Assembly (NCBI GenBank): GCA_963846855.1
Contig: CAWJXK010000004.1
Location: 380,307 to 444,306, forward strand
Reading direction: 5' to 3'
DNA length: 64,000 bases
Source: an uncultured beta proteobacterium
GTDB lineage: Bacteria > Pseudomonadota > Gammaproteobacteria > Burkholderiales > Casimicrobiaceae
Shown here in pieces: positions 55,524 to 64,000 of this stretch. The position numbers and the translations under genes are program-made. Below the pieces are notes generated by a model. It saw nothing but the letters and a program-made list of their open reading frames with translations, was not told the DNA's origin and did no database searches. Position 1 is the stretch's first letter; each line of letters begins with the position of its first letter.

Positions 55524-57952
55524 TCACGCCTTCGCGCTGTCGCCCGGGCCATCGGCCGGCGCGGACCTGTCCGAGCGCGTCGACCTCGTCACGAAACGCG
55601 ATGACGAGCTCCGCCGCGCGGCGCGCGCGCCACGGGTGCGTCATCACGTTGAGCGCGCCGAGGTCGTGCACGAACGCTTCGTAGATCGCGCGCAGGCGGC
55701 CGAGGTCGCCATTCGCCCGCTCGAACGCCGCACGGGTGTGCTCATAGGCGGCGACGCTTTGCGCATAGGCATTCTTCGTGTCCTCGTACGCCTTGACGCT
55801 CTCGCCGTAGGCCCCCGTCAGCTCCGCGTAGGCGGCGGTAAGCTGCCGGTACGGCTCGGTCAGCCCGGTCTGCGCTCCAATGCCCACACGGAATCGCGCG
55901 ACCGGCCGCGCGGTGAGTGGAACGAGCGCGCGGTAGTCGTTCACCATCTCGGCGGTCGTCCGCCCGGGCGGCCGCGCCGCGAGATTGCGCGCAACCGCTT
56001 GCAAGAGCTCCGGCCGGTCGTGCAGCGTGCGCACGAGCGTCACCAGCGCGTCCTTGTCGGTTTCGAACCGGAAGCCGTTCTCGCCGTGCGCGACTCGATC
56101 CCTGAAACTGCCGAGATCCGTCACGAGCGGCGGCACGCCGAGTCCGGTCAGCTCGCTCAGCGTATAGCTGAACGATTCGGGCACGATCGACGCAAGCAGG
56201 CCGGCGTGCGGCGCAAGCTCGCGCAGGATGCCGGGGAGCGCCTCCTGCTCGTAGCGTTCGATACATGTCCAGCCGCACTCCCGCGCCAGCGCGACGCCGT
56301 GCTCGCCGCCGCCGACCAGCGTGATTTCGGCGAGGCCGGCAAGCTCCGGCGCGGCGGCACGCAGCAGGTCCGCGCCTTTGCGCACCGACATCCGGCCGAG
56401 CACGACGATGCGCAGCGGCTCCGCGGCCGTGCGCGGCGCAATCGGAAGCCGTGGCGCGACCGGGTCCATGCCGTGCGGGATCACGTGCATCGGCACGCCG
56501 GAAAGGCGCGGCGCGAGTAGGCGCAGCGTGGCGCCGACCGACGGCGACGGGACGACCATCTCGATGCCGCGCTCCAGCAGCAGCGTCACGAAGCGCTCGC
56601 GCATCGCGTCCCATTCCTCGCTCGACTGGTCGTGAAAGAGATCGTTGAGCGGATTCGACGTTGCGCAGCGGCGCAGGTCCTCGAGGGTGCAGCGCACGCA
56701 CGGCGTGCCGAAACGCGGATTGATCGCCTGGCAGACGGGATAGAAATCGTGGCACGACGACGAGCGTCTTCCGGGGCTGCGTCAGCGCGTCGAGCGCGTG
56801 ACCGATCAACGACGAGACGATGATCGCCTCGACGTCGAATTCAGTGAGGATCTGCGCGAGGATGCGCCGGTACTCGAGGCTCGAGGCAGCGGTCGACCGG
56901 ATCGGCCGCGCGATGTCCCAGGTGCGCACGGGAACACGCGAGGCGGGATCGGAATAGAGCACGATCCGCTGGCCGCCGGTGTCGCCGATCCGGTAGGTCG
57001 CGAGGATCATGTTGATCCGTGTGGGGTCGGCCCGGCCGAAATCCCGCACCCAATGCTCGAGGCCGCCGCCCCAGAAATGCATGATGTGGAGTTGCACGGG
57101 GCGGGCGTCGAGCCCCGGGGTCGACACCGGCGGCAGGCCGCGCTCGATCGCCTCGTTCACGGCGCGCCGTAGTCCGCCCAACGGGGTGTCACGCAGGAAC
57201 GCCGTTTGCTCGAAGTCGAAGCGGGTGGCGGGCGCGATCGCGTGGCCCGCGTAGCCGACGTAGAGATAGTCGACGATCACACTGGTGGCCCCGGTGGCGC
57301 GCCAGCGTGCCGCGAGCGCATCGAGCACCGGCTGCGGCTCCGCGCCCGCGGCCGTCACCAACGGCAATGCAGCATCGAGCGCCGCGCGGCGCAGATACGC
57401 ACAGATCGGATGAAGGCCCGGAACCTCGTAATAGCTGCGGTTGCCCATGCTGAACGCAGAGTGATCCACGTGCGCAGGGTCCGCCGCAGCATTGCCGCGG
57501 AATTTTTCGTCGACCAGTGCGTAAAGCGGGGACACGTCGCACATCGGGATCGCGGCGGCGATGCCCGTCTCGGCATGCGCCGCCTTAGCGAGTCGCGCGT
57601 CCCACGCAAACGGAAGGATCGCGCCCGGCGCGATCAGCACGACGTCGTGCCCGGCATGCGCGCCGGCGACATCGCGCAGCAGCGCAGCGAACCCGGTGTC
57701 GGGCGCCACGCTGATCGCGTTCCACCCGTGTCGACCGTCGAGTTGCGCGCCGATCCGCCGCAGTTCGAGCTCGTCGTCGGCATCGAAGCCGCGGGCGGCA
57801 AGACACACGTGGACGCGCATCAGCACCGTATTGTCGGCGAGGCTGCCGACGGTGGCCGCGAGTGAAGGCAGGTCGTCCGAATCGACCGCGATGAGCACCG
57901 CGAGCCCCGGCTGGGGCACGTCAGCGGCGACGTCGTAGGGTGCAATGGGCAT
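55524..57952 (-). CDS. large multidomain glycosyltransferase (GT2-like N-region, GT4 domain, C-terminal heptad coiled coil), frame broken near 56751-56752; 3' end uncertain
   Basis: ORF 55742..57952 is credible up to ...PRKTLVVV. Skipping one base gives VVVHDFYPVCQAINPRFGTPCVRCTLEDL..., which joins ORF 54298..56697 carrying the GT4 E-x7-E motif (ESFSYTLSE). In the printed frame there is no stop before the acyltransferase. A one-base skip near 55555-55565 would end the protein at TGA 55524-55526; this end point is inferred. Confidence 0.6.
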
Positions 57953-57994
57953 TCGTCACACGATCGGGCATTGCTGCGGTGAACGGGCCATGCC

Positions 57995-58852
57995 TCAGTC
58001 CGCCGCCGCAGGCAACCGCGCGGCAGCCGTCGCGCGGGTCGCGGCAAGGCGTGCGCGCACGTTCTCCCGAAGCGCCTTCGGCGGATCGCGCGTCACGAAA
58101 TCGCGCACCGCCGGCTGGAACTCCGGATAGCGCTCATCGACGATTCGCTGCGCCTCGGCGCGGCGTTCGACACCGGTGGCGCCGAACGACACCTCTCCGG
58201 CGTGATAGACGAACGTGTCGCCGCAAAGCCAGTGGCGGAAGCCGGCGCGGGACGCGCGCATGCAGAAATCCACCTCCTCGCCATAGCCCTTGCCGAACGC
58301 CGCCTCGTCGAAGAGGCCGGTCGTCGCGAGGCAGTGCCGCGAGATCCACATGCAGAATCCTACCGCAGTAGGGATCTCGATCGCCTGCCTGGCGTTCGTT
58401 GCGGCGAATAGCCGGTCGAGCTCGCGCATCGTCACGCCGTCCGGCAGGTCGTTGCGCGCCACGAACTCGGGAAAGCTGCAGATCGTCGCGTTGTTGGAAA
58501 ACGGCGTCACCGTGCCGGCCCGCGGGTCGCGCGCCCCGCAGGCCGCGATGCGGTCGAGCCAGCCGTCGGCCACCTCGGTATCGCTGTTGAGGAGCAGCAC
58601 GTCGCGCCCGTCGTGCAGCGACATGCCCGCGTTCACCGCGCGCACGAAACCGCGATTCGCAGGGTGGACGACGAGCGTGATCGCCCGGTCCCGGGCGAGT
58701 ACGCGCAGGAATTGCGCGATGTCGGCATCCGGCGTGGCGTCGTCGATGACGATCACTTCGCGCGGGATGGCGCACACCGCCGCGAGCACGCTGTCGAGGC
58801 AACGCCGGGTTTCGGCAAGGCCGCGGTAGACAGGGATGATGACGTCGATCAA
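57995..58852 (-). CDS. family 2 glycosyltransferase
   Basis: IIPVYRGLAETRRCLDSV, VIVIDDATPD, LLLNSDTEV. Confidence 0.88.
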   Translation of the reverse strand: MIDVIIPVYRGLAETRRCLDSVLAAVCAIPREVIVIDDATPDADIAQFLRVLARDRAITLVVHPANRGFVRAVNAGMSLHDGRDVLLLNSDTEVADGWLDRIAACGARDPRAGTVTPFSNNATICSFPEFVARNDLPDGVTMRELDRLFAATNARQAIEIPTAVGFCMWISRHCLATTGLFDEAAFGKGYGEEVDFCMRASRAGFRHWLCGDTFVYHAGEVSFGATGVERRAEAQRIVDERYPEFQPAVRDFVTRDPPKALRENVRARLAATRATAAARLPAAAD

Positions 58853-59083
58853 GGCGATGGACCCCTCGCGGGTGCGTCATTCTAGCGGAGTCGGGGCGCC
58901 AAGGCGGCGCCCGCCCGCGCGCGTAGAATCACGCCTTGCTTCGCCCGCATGCGCGGGCACCGACAGGGCCACGCCACGATGTCCCGCCGCTTCGATGCGT
59001 CTTACTCCCGCCGCGACCCGGCAGCATCCGCGCTGCATCGGCGCGCTCGCGCGCGACGCGTCACGACCCCTCCTCACGACCCG

Positions 59084-60121
59084 ATGAGCGACGCGCTTCC
59101 CTTCACCGGCGAGCGGTTCGTTCCGGGCGCACCCGGCGAGATCTGGTACGAGCACTGGCACCGCTATCATTTCGCGGCACCGCTCGTGCGCGACCGCGAC
59201 GTGCTGGATGTCGCCTGCGGCGAGGGTTATGGCAGCGCGCTGCTCGCGCGAAGCGCGCGCAAGGTCACCGGGGTCGACCTCGCGGCGGCGGCGGTCGAAC
59301 ACGCGCGCGAACGCTACGCCGGGCTCCGCAACCTCGACTTCCACGCGGCCGATTGCTCCGCACTGCCGTTTCCCGATGCATCCTTTGACGCCGTCGTCTC
59401 GTTCGAGACGATCGAGCACATCGCGGCGCAGGACGCGTTCCTCGACGAAGTGCGCCGCGTGCTGCGTCCCGGCGGTCTGCTCGTTCTTTCTTGCCCGAAC
59501 AAGACGGAGTACACCGACAAGCGCGAGGTCACCAACGAATTCCATGTGCGCGAGCTCTACCGCGACGAACTCGCCGCGCTGCTCGCGCCGCGCTTCGCGC
59601 ACCTGGCGTGGTACGGGCAGCGTCCCGGGTTCTTCTCGGTCGTGTGGCCGGAGCGGGGCGACGCCCGCGGCGAGATCTTCGAGGCAAGTGAAGCCTCCGC
59701 CGGGACGCGGATACCGGGGCACGCGCGCCCGCTCTACTTCATCGTCATTGCAAGCGCGACCGGCGAGGCGATGTCGGGCATCGCGCCGCGCCTGTCGGTG
59801 CTGGCCGATCGCGACGAGTGGGTCTACCGCAACTACGAGAGCGTCACGCGCGCCTATTTGGCGTTGCAGCGCGAGCGCGCCGCACGGCAGGCCGGCGATG
59901 CCGAGGTCGCAAATCGCCTCGCCGACGCGCTCGCCGAACGCGATGCGCTGCGCGCCGTGCTCGCGGCCAGCGGGGACGCGGAAGCCGAGCGAACGCGACT
60001 TGCGGCGGAGCTCGCGGAAAAGCAGGGCGAAATATCGCGGCGGGCAGGCTTTCGCTGGTGGCTGGCGCTACCGTTTCACCGCCTGCGGAACAAGCTCACC
60101 GGCAAGCCGCCGTGGACCTAG
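59084..60121 (+). CDS. class I SAM-dependent methyltransferase with a C-terminal coiled coil
   Basis: VLDVACGEGYGS and VVSFETIEH motifs. The C-terminal ~90 aa are Ala/Glu/Arg/Leu-rich and helical (ALQRERAARQAGDAEVANRLADALAERDALRAVLAAS...AELAEKQGEI). I placed the start at ATG 59084. Confidence 0.8.
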   Translation: MSDALPFTGERFVPGAPGEIWYEHWHRYHFAAPLVRDRDVLDVACGEGYGSALLARSARKVTGVDLAAAAVEHARERYAGLRNLDFHAADCSALPFPDASFDAVVSFETIEHIAAQDAFLDEVRRVLRPGGLLVLSCPNKTEYTDKREVTNEFHVRELYRDELAALLAPRFAHLAWYGQRPGFFSVVWPERGDARGEIFEASEASAGTRIPGHARPLYFIVIASATGEAMSGIAPRLSVLADRDEWVYRNYESVTRAYLALQRERAARQAGDAEVANRLADALAERDALRAVLAASGDAEAERTRLAAELAEKQGEISRRAGFRWWLALPFHRLRNKLTGKPPWT

Positions 60122-60140
60122 CGCGCCGCCTGAGATCGCC

Positions 60141-60998
60141 CTATTCGATCTCGAGAATGACGGGCTGGTGGTCGGAGGCCTGGGTCAAGCCGTCGACGCG
60201 AATCGACTTCAGGCGCGGCACGAGGTCCTGGCTCGCGAAATAGAAGTCGCAGTGGAGCTCTCCGCCGCCCGGCTCCATCTTCATGTAGACGCAGAACGTC
60301 GACGGATGCGCGACTCCGGGGTGCAACACCTCCCAGGCGTCCGCGAGCGGCGGCGTGCCGTCGGCGAAGGGCGCCATCAACCGCGCGTGCAGCGGATCCT
60401 CCGGCTCGAGGTTGAAGTCGCCCGTGAAAAGCGTGGGCGCGGGCCGCAGATACGTGTTGAACGGTCCTCCGGACGTGTCGGTGATCGATCCCAGCCGAGC
60501 ATGCGCGAGGCCGTCGGAATAGATCGCGCGAAGCGCGTCGATCTGCGCGGTGCGCTGCAGCTTCGAATACCACTCGAGATGCGTCGTGATCACGCGGAGT
60601 TCACCGAACGGGGCGACCACGCAGGCCTCGAGGGCGATGCGCGGCATACCCATGATGCCCGGCTCGATCGGGAACGGCAGCAGGTGGCGGAACACCTGCC
60701 GCACGGGCAGGCGCGAGAGGATCATGTTGCCGAACCGGCGCCGGCGCCCGTCGTCGCCGGGATGGTCGACCGCGATCGCCGGGAGCGCCGTGTAGCCGGG
60801 CATGAGCGCCGCGATCGCCTTGAACTGGTTCTCGCCGGCGCTGCCCGCAAGCCGGGGATCCGGAAAATTGTCGGCGATCTCCTGCAGGCAGAGCACGTCG
60901 GGGTCGGCAAGGCGCGTCGCCTCGGCGACGATGCGCGCGGGATCCACGCGGCCGTCGATCCCGCAGCACCACTGCGTATTCCAGGTCATCAGCCTCAT
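60141..60998 (-). CDS. endonuclease/exonuclease/phosphatase (EEP) family protein
   Basis: MRLMTWNTQWCCG..., VLCLQE, and C-terminal ...SDHQPVILEIE. The start overlaps the ugpE stop (ATGA). Confidence 0.8.
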   Translation of the reverse strand: MRLMTWNTQWCCGIDGRVDPARIVAEATRLADPDVLCLQEIADNFPDPRLAGSAGENQFKAIAALMPGYTALPAIAVDHPGDDGRRRRFGNMILSRLPVRQVFRHLLPFPIEPGIMGMPRIALEACVVAPFGELRVITTHLEWYSKLQRTAQIDALRAIYSDGLAHARLGSITDTSGGPFNTYLRPAPTLFTGDFNLEPEDPLHARLMAPFADGTPPLADAWEVLHPGVAHPSTFCVYMKMEPGGGELHCDFYFASQDLVPRLKSIRVDGLTQASDHQPVILEIE

Positions 60999-61819
60999 CG
61001 GATTCCTGCCCTCATGAAACTCTGCACGAATTGTCGCTGAAAAAGCAGGAACGCGACCAGAAGGGGCGCCGTGGAAAGCAGCGTCGCCGCGTTGATGATC
61101 GACCAGTCGATGCCCTGGTCCGTTGCCGAGAACACCTGCAGGCCCACGGTGAGCGGCCGGGCCTCGACCGAATTGGTGATGATGAGCGGCCAGAGGAAAT
61201 TGTTCCAGTGGAAGCTCACGCTGACAAGAGCATAGGCGAGATAGACGGGCCGCGCCAACGGCACGTAGACCCGCCACAGGACGCCGAGCGGGGAGCAGCC
61301 TTCGATGCGCGCCGCCTCGTCGAGCTCGCGCGGAACCGTCTTGAACGTCTGGCGCAGCAGGAAGATGCCGAACGCGCTCGCCATGTAGGGGAGCCCGATC
61401 GCGACGATCGTGTCCTTGAGGCCGAGCTCGGCCATCGTCCGGTAGTTCTCGACGATCAGCACGTCGGGCATCACCATCAGCTGGACCAGCACCAGCGCGA
61501 ACAGGACGCTGCGTCCCGGGAAATCGAAGCGCGCGAATGCGTAGCCCGCCAGCGTCACCAGCACGAGCTGGACCGCCAGCACCATCGTCACCAGCATCAG
61601 CGTGTTCAGGAAATAGCGCGCGAACGGCGCCGCCGCCCACGCGCGCGTGAAGTTATCGAGCGTCAGCGGCGCGGTGAGGAGGAACCGGGTCGAGAATTCG
61701 CTCGGGTGGAACGCCGTCCAGAACGCGTAGACGAGCGGCAGGATCCACAGGAGCCCGAGCAGCCATGCGCCCGTCGACTCGAGCGCGTGCGGCGCGCCGC
61801 GAAGGGCGATGCCGCTCAT
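60995..61819 (-). CDS. ugpE: sn-glycerol-3-phosphate-type ABC transporter permease
   Basis: 274 aa with the EAA loop LDEAARIEGCSPLGVLWRVYVPLA. Confidence 0.8.
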   Translation of the reverse strand: MSGIALRGAPHALESTGAWLLGLLWILPLVYAFWTAFHPSEFSTRFLLTAPLTLDNFTRAWAAAPFARYFLNTLMLVTMVLAVQLVLVTLAGYAFARFDFPGRSVLFALVLVQLMVMPDVLIVENYRTMAELGLKDTIVAIGLPYMASAFGIFLLRQTFKTVPRELDEAARIEGCSPLGVLWRVYVPLARPVYLAYALVSVSFHWNNFLWPLIITNSVEARPLTVGLQVFSATDQGIDWSIINAATLLSTAPLLVAFLLFQRQFVQSFMRAGIR

Positions 61820-62691
61820 TGGTAATGCACCTTGCGCTCGAGGAACCAGAATTGCGCGAGCGCGGCGAGCCCGAGGATCGCGAGCAGCACCATCGTCAGC
61901 GCGGCGGCGTAGCCCGTGTCCCAGAAGCGGAACCCGATCTCGTAGATGTAGTAGAGCAGGAGCGAGGTGGCGTTGTCTGGCCCGCCGCGCGTCATCACGA
62001 CGACGTGATCGACCATCCGGAACGCGTTGATCACCGCATTGACGAGGACGAACAGCGTCGTCGGCATCAGCAGTGGAAACGTGATCCGGCGGAAGAAATA
62101 CCAGCGCGACGCGCCTTCGATCGCTGCCGCCTCGGCGAGTCGCGGCGACATCGACTGCAGCGCCGCGAGGTAGAAAATCATGAAGAAGCCGGCTTCCTTC
62201 CAGATGGTGACGACCATCAGGCAGGGAAGCGCCGTGCTCTTGCTGCCGAGCCAGTTGTGCGTGGCCACGCCGAACGGCGCCAGCAGCTTCTCCAGCAGGC
62301 CGTATTCCGGCGTGTAGAAGAACAGCCAGATGTTGGCGACCGCGATCATCGGCAGCACGGTCGGCGTGAAATACGCGAGACGCAGGAAGCCGCGCCCCGC
62401 GATCCTGCCGTTGACCCAGACCGCCATCAGCAGCGCCAGCGCGATCGACACCGGGATCGTGCCGGTCGCATACCAGAGGTTGTTCGACAGCGCCTGCCAG
62501 AAGATCGGGTCGGTGCCGAGCTGCGCGTAATTGTCGGCGCCTACCCACGCCGCGGGGCGGGCACCGCGCGGCGTCGAAAGGAAACTGTGCCAGAGCGTCG
62601 CGCCCGCAGGGTAATGCGTGAACGCCGCGAGCAGCACGGTCGCGGGCAGCAGCAGCAGCCAGCCGTACAGCCATTGCGTCGTGCGCGTCAC
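61816..62691 (-). CDS. ugpA: sn-glycerol-3-phosphate-type ABC transporter permease
   Basis: 291 aa with the EAA loop LAEAAAIEGASRWYFFRRITFPLL. Overlaps ugpE by 4 bp. Confidence 0.8.
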   Translation of the reverse strand: MTRTTQWLYGWLLLLPATVLLAAFTHYPAGATLWHSFLSTPRGARPAAWVGADNYAQLGTDPIFWQALSNNLWYATGTIPVSIALALLMAVWVNGRIAGRGFLRLAYFTPTVLPMIAVANIWLFFYTPEYGLLEKLLAPFGVATHNWLGSKSTALPCLMVVTIWKEAGFFMIFYLAALQSMSPRLAEAAAIEGASRWYFFRRITFPLLMPTTLFVLVNAVINAFRMVDHVVVMTRGGPDNATSLLLYYIYEIGFRFWDTGYAAALTMVLLAILGLAALAQFWFLERKVHYQ

Positions 62692-62786
62692 ACGGACTCC
62701 CCGAACCTCTTTGCGCTACGTTTCAGTACGCGAGTTAACCGGCGCGCGCCCCGGTGCGCGCCGGTTGAACGACGCGATGCTATTGG

Positions 62787-64000
62787 CTATTTGTACGTCT
62801 TCAGCAGCCGTTCGGCCTCGCGCTGCGAATCCTTCATCGCCTGTTCGGGCGTCTTCGTCCCCGTCAGCGCGGCCTGCAGGCCGTCGTTCAGCGCTTTCGT
62901 CACTCGCTGGTTGTCGTGCGTCGAAAGCTCCGCCTTGGCGAACGGCAGCTGGTCGCGGGCGACGGCGGCCGCCGGGAATCCGGCGACATATTGCTTCATC
63001 ACGGGCGTTTCCCACGCGTCCGCGCGCACCGCGACGTAGCCGGTGTCGATCCCCCACTGCGCGGCGCGCTGCGGCGAGGTCATCCACTTGATGAACTTGA
63101 ACGCTGCCTCGCGCTGCGCCGGCGTCGACTTCTTGAAGAGATAGAAATTGCCGCCGCCGGTCGGGCTGCCGCGCTGCTTTCCGGCCGGAAGCATCGCGAC
63201 GCCGAAGTCGAACTTGGCGTTGGTTTTCACGTTGGTGAGATTGCCCGTCGTCGTCCACATCATCGCGACCTTCTTCTCGAAGAAATCCTTCGGCGTCGTC
63301 CCCCACTCGACGATGCCCTGCGGATGCACCTTGTACTTGTTCACGAGGTCGACCCAGTAGGTGAGCGCCTCGATCACTTCCGGCCGGTCGTAGTACGTCT
63401 GCGTGCCCGCGCTGTTCATCAGGTTGGTGCCGGCCTCGATCGCGAGCGCCTGGAAGAGCCAGTACGGAAAGCCGGACGACGGGATCTGGATGCCCCACTG
63501 CGTGACCTTGCCCGACGCGTCATGCTTGGTGAGCTTCTGCGCGTATTCGATCTGCTCCTTCCATGTCGCAGGCGGGCGGTTCGGGTCGAGGCCCGCTTCC
63601 TTGAACGCCTCCTTGTTGTAGTAGAGGACGATCGTCGAGCGCTGGAACGGAATGCCCCACGTCTTGCCGCCGGTCTGGCTGTTCTCCATGAACGCCGGGT
63701 AGAAGCTCGCGAGCCATGCGCGATCTTCCGGCGTCTTGATCACGTCGTCGAACGGCTGGATCGCATCCTCGTCGATCAGCGTGAACATGTCGGTCGAGAG
63801 CAGGATCGACGTTACCGGCGCGTCATTGCTCTTCACCGCCGTCAGCGCCTTGGTGATCGAGTCCTGATAGGTGCCGGTGTAGATCGCCTTCACCTTGATG
63901 CCCGGGTTCTCCTTTTCGAAATCGGCGGCGAGGCCGTCGATGACCTTGGTGATTGGCCCGCCGACGGCGATCGGGTAGTAGAACGAGACTTCGACCGGGG
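62787..64000 (-). CDS. ugpB: ABC transporter periplasmic solute-binding protein (UgpB-like), N-terminus outside the window
   Basis: The frame stays open to the window edge. The listed GTG at 63893 is internal (…GIKVKAIYTGTYQDS…). Family-1 solute-binding protein composition. Confidence 0.75.
   Translation of the reverse strand, partial: PVEVSFYYPIAVGGPITKVIDGLAADFEKENPGIKVKAIYTGTYQDSITKALTAVKSNDAPVTSILLSTDMFTLIDEDAIQPFDDVIKTPEDRAWLASFYPAFMENSQTGGKTWGIPFQRSTIVLYYNKEAFKEAGLDPNRPPATWKEQIEYAQKLTKHDASGKVTQWGIQIPSSGFPYWLFQALAIEAGTNLMNSAGTQTYYDRPEVIEALTYWVDLVNKYKVHPQGIVEWGTTPKDFFEKKVAMMWTTTGNLTNVKTNAKFDFGVAMLPAGKQRGSPTGGGNFYLFKKSTPAQREAAFKFIKWMTSPQRAAQWGIDTGYVAVRADAWETPVMKQYVAGFPAAAVARDQLPFAKAELSTHDNQRVTKALNDGLQAALTGTKTPEQAMKDSQREAERLLKTYK

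Noticed and set aside
54298-56697. A single 799-aa fusion protein combining a glycosyltransferase with an acyltransferase.
   Set aside because: An internal GTG at 55413 with a GAGGAG Shine-Dalgarno marks a normal acyltransferase N-terminus. The ORF start is an internal GTG of the upstream glycosyltransferase. The apparent fusion is best explained by frame errors at both ends.
7752-56752. Programmed +1 ribosomal frameshifting as the explanation for the broken frames.
   Set aside because: The sites share no slippery or stall motif, such as the prfB-type CUU UGA with an upstream SD. They occur in unrelated genes, and one lies only about 7 codons from the natural stop. Insertion-type sequence error or recent mutation is the simpler explanation.

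Overview
This is a 64-kb, visibly very GC-rich chromosomal segment (GC not computed). Its conserved gene order suggests Betaproteobacteria, probably Burkholderiales-like: glyS-gmhB-plsC, cyaY<>lptM-lysA, gloB<>methyltransferase-rnhA, thiS-thiG-trmB, and ugpB-A-E. All calls come from reading the supplied translations for family motifs from memory; no database search was run.

About 35 kb in the middle (10.9-45.7 kb) is devoted almost entirely to lipid metabolism:
- Two beta-oxidation operons of different architecture, plus FadL, a YciA-type thioesterase, FadD and FadE.
- A PsrA-like TetR repressor with a recognisable operator, and two more acyl-CoA ligases.
- PHA-granule-type proteins, a GMC oxidoreductase with a Tat-signal subunit, and a patatin-like lipase.
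- A compact neutral-lipid (wax ester) module: WS/DGAT, an acyl-CoA-binding protein, a basic-tailed phasin, a two-domain fatty acyl-CoA reductase and a membrane alpha/beta-hydrolase.
- Next to that module, a CarH/LitR-type B12 photoreceptor regulator carrying both diagnostic motifs. I consider this pairing the most interesting candidate system in the window.

The right-hand part holds one tRNA(CAU), a DUF3300/DUF2950 pair with a divergent ECF sigma/anti-sigma, and thiSG-trmB. It also holds a lower-GC glycan-modification cluster whose glycosyltransferase and methyltransferase both carry coiled coils, and a ugp transporter operon ending in an EEP-family phosphoesterase.

Non-coding structure:
- A ~205-bp dispersed repeat (2 copies) whose hairpin stems differ by compensatory changes.
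- A 115-bp tandem duplication.
- A 229-bp element flanked by inverted repeats that supplies the rnhA stop codon.
- A 17-bp near-palindromic motif array.
- A box shared by the two phasin promoters.

Four genes (five sites, one of them only putative) are broken by what look like single extra bases in short G/C runs. This is more likely sequence error than biology. gloB is a truncated remnant. No CRISPR array, integrase, transposase, prophage or recognisable defence system was seen.
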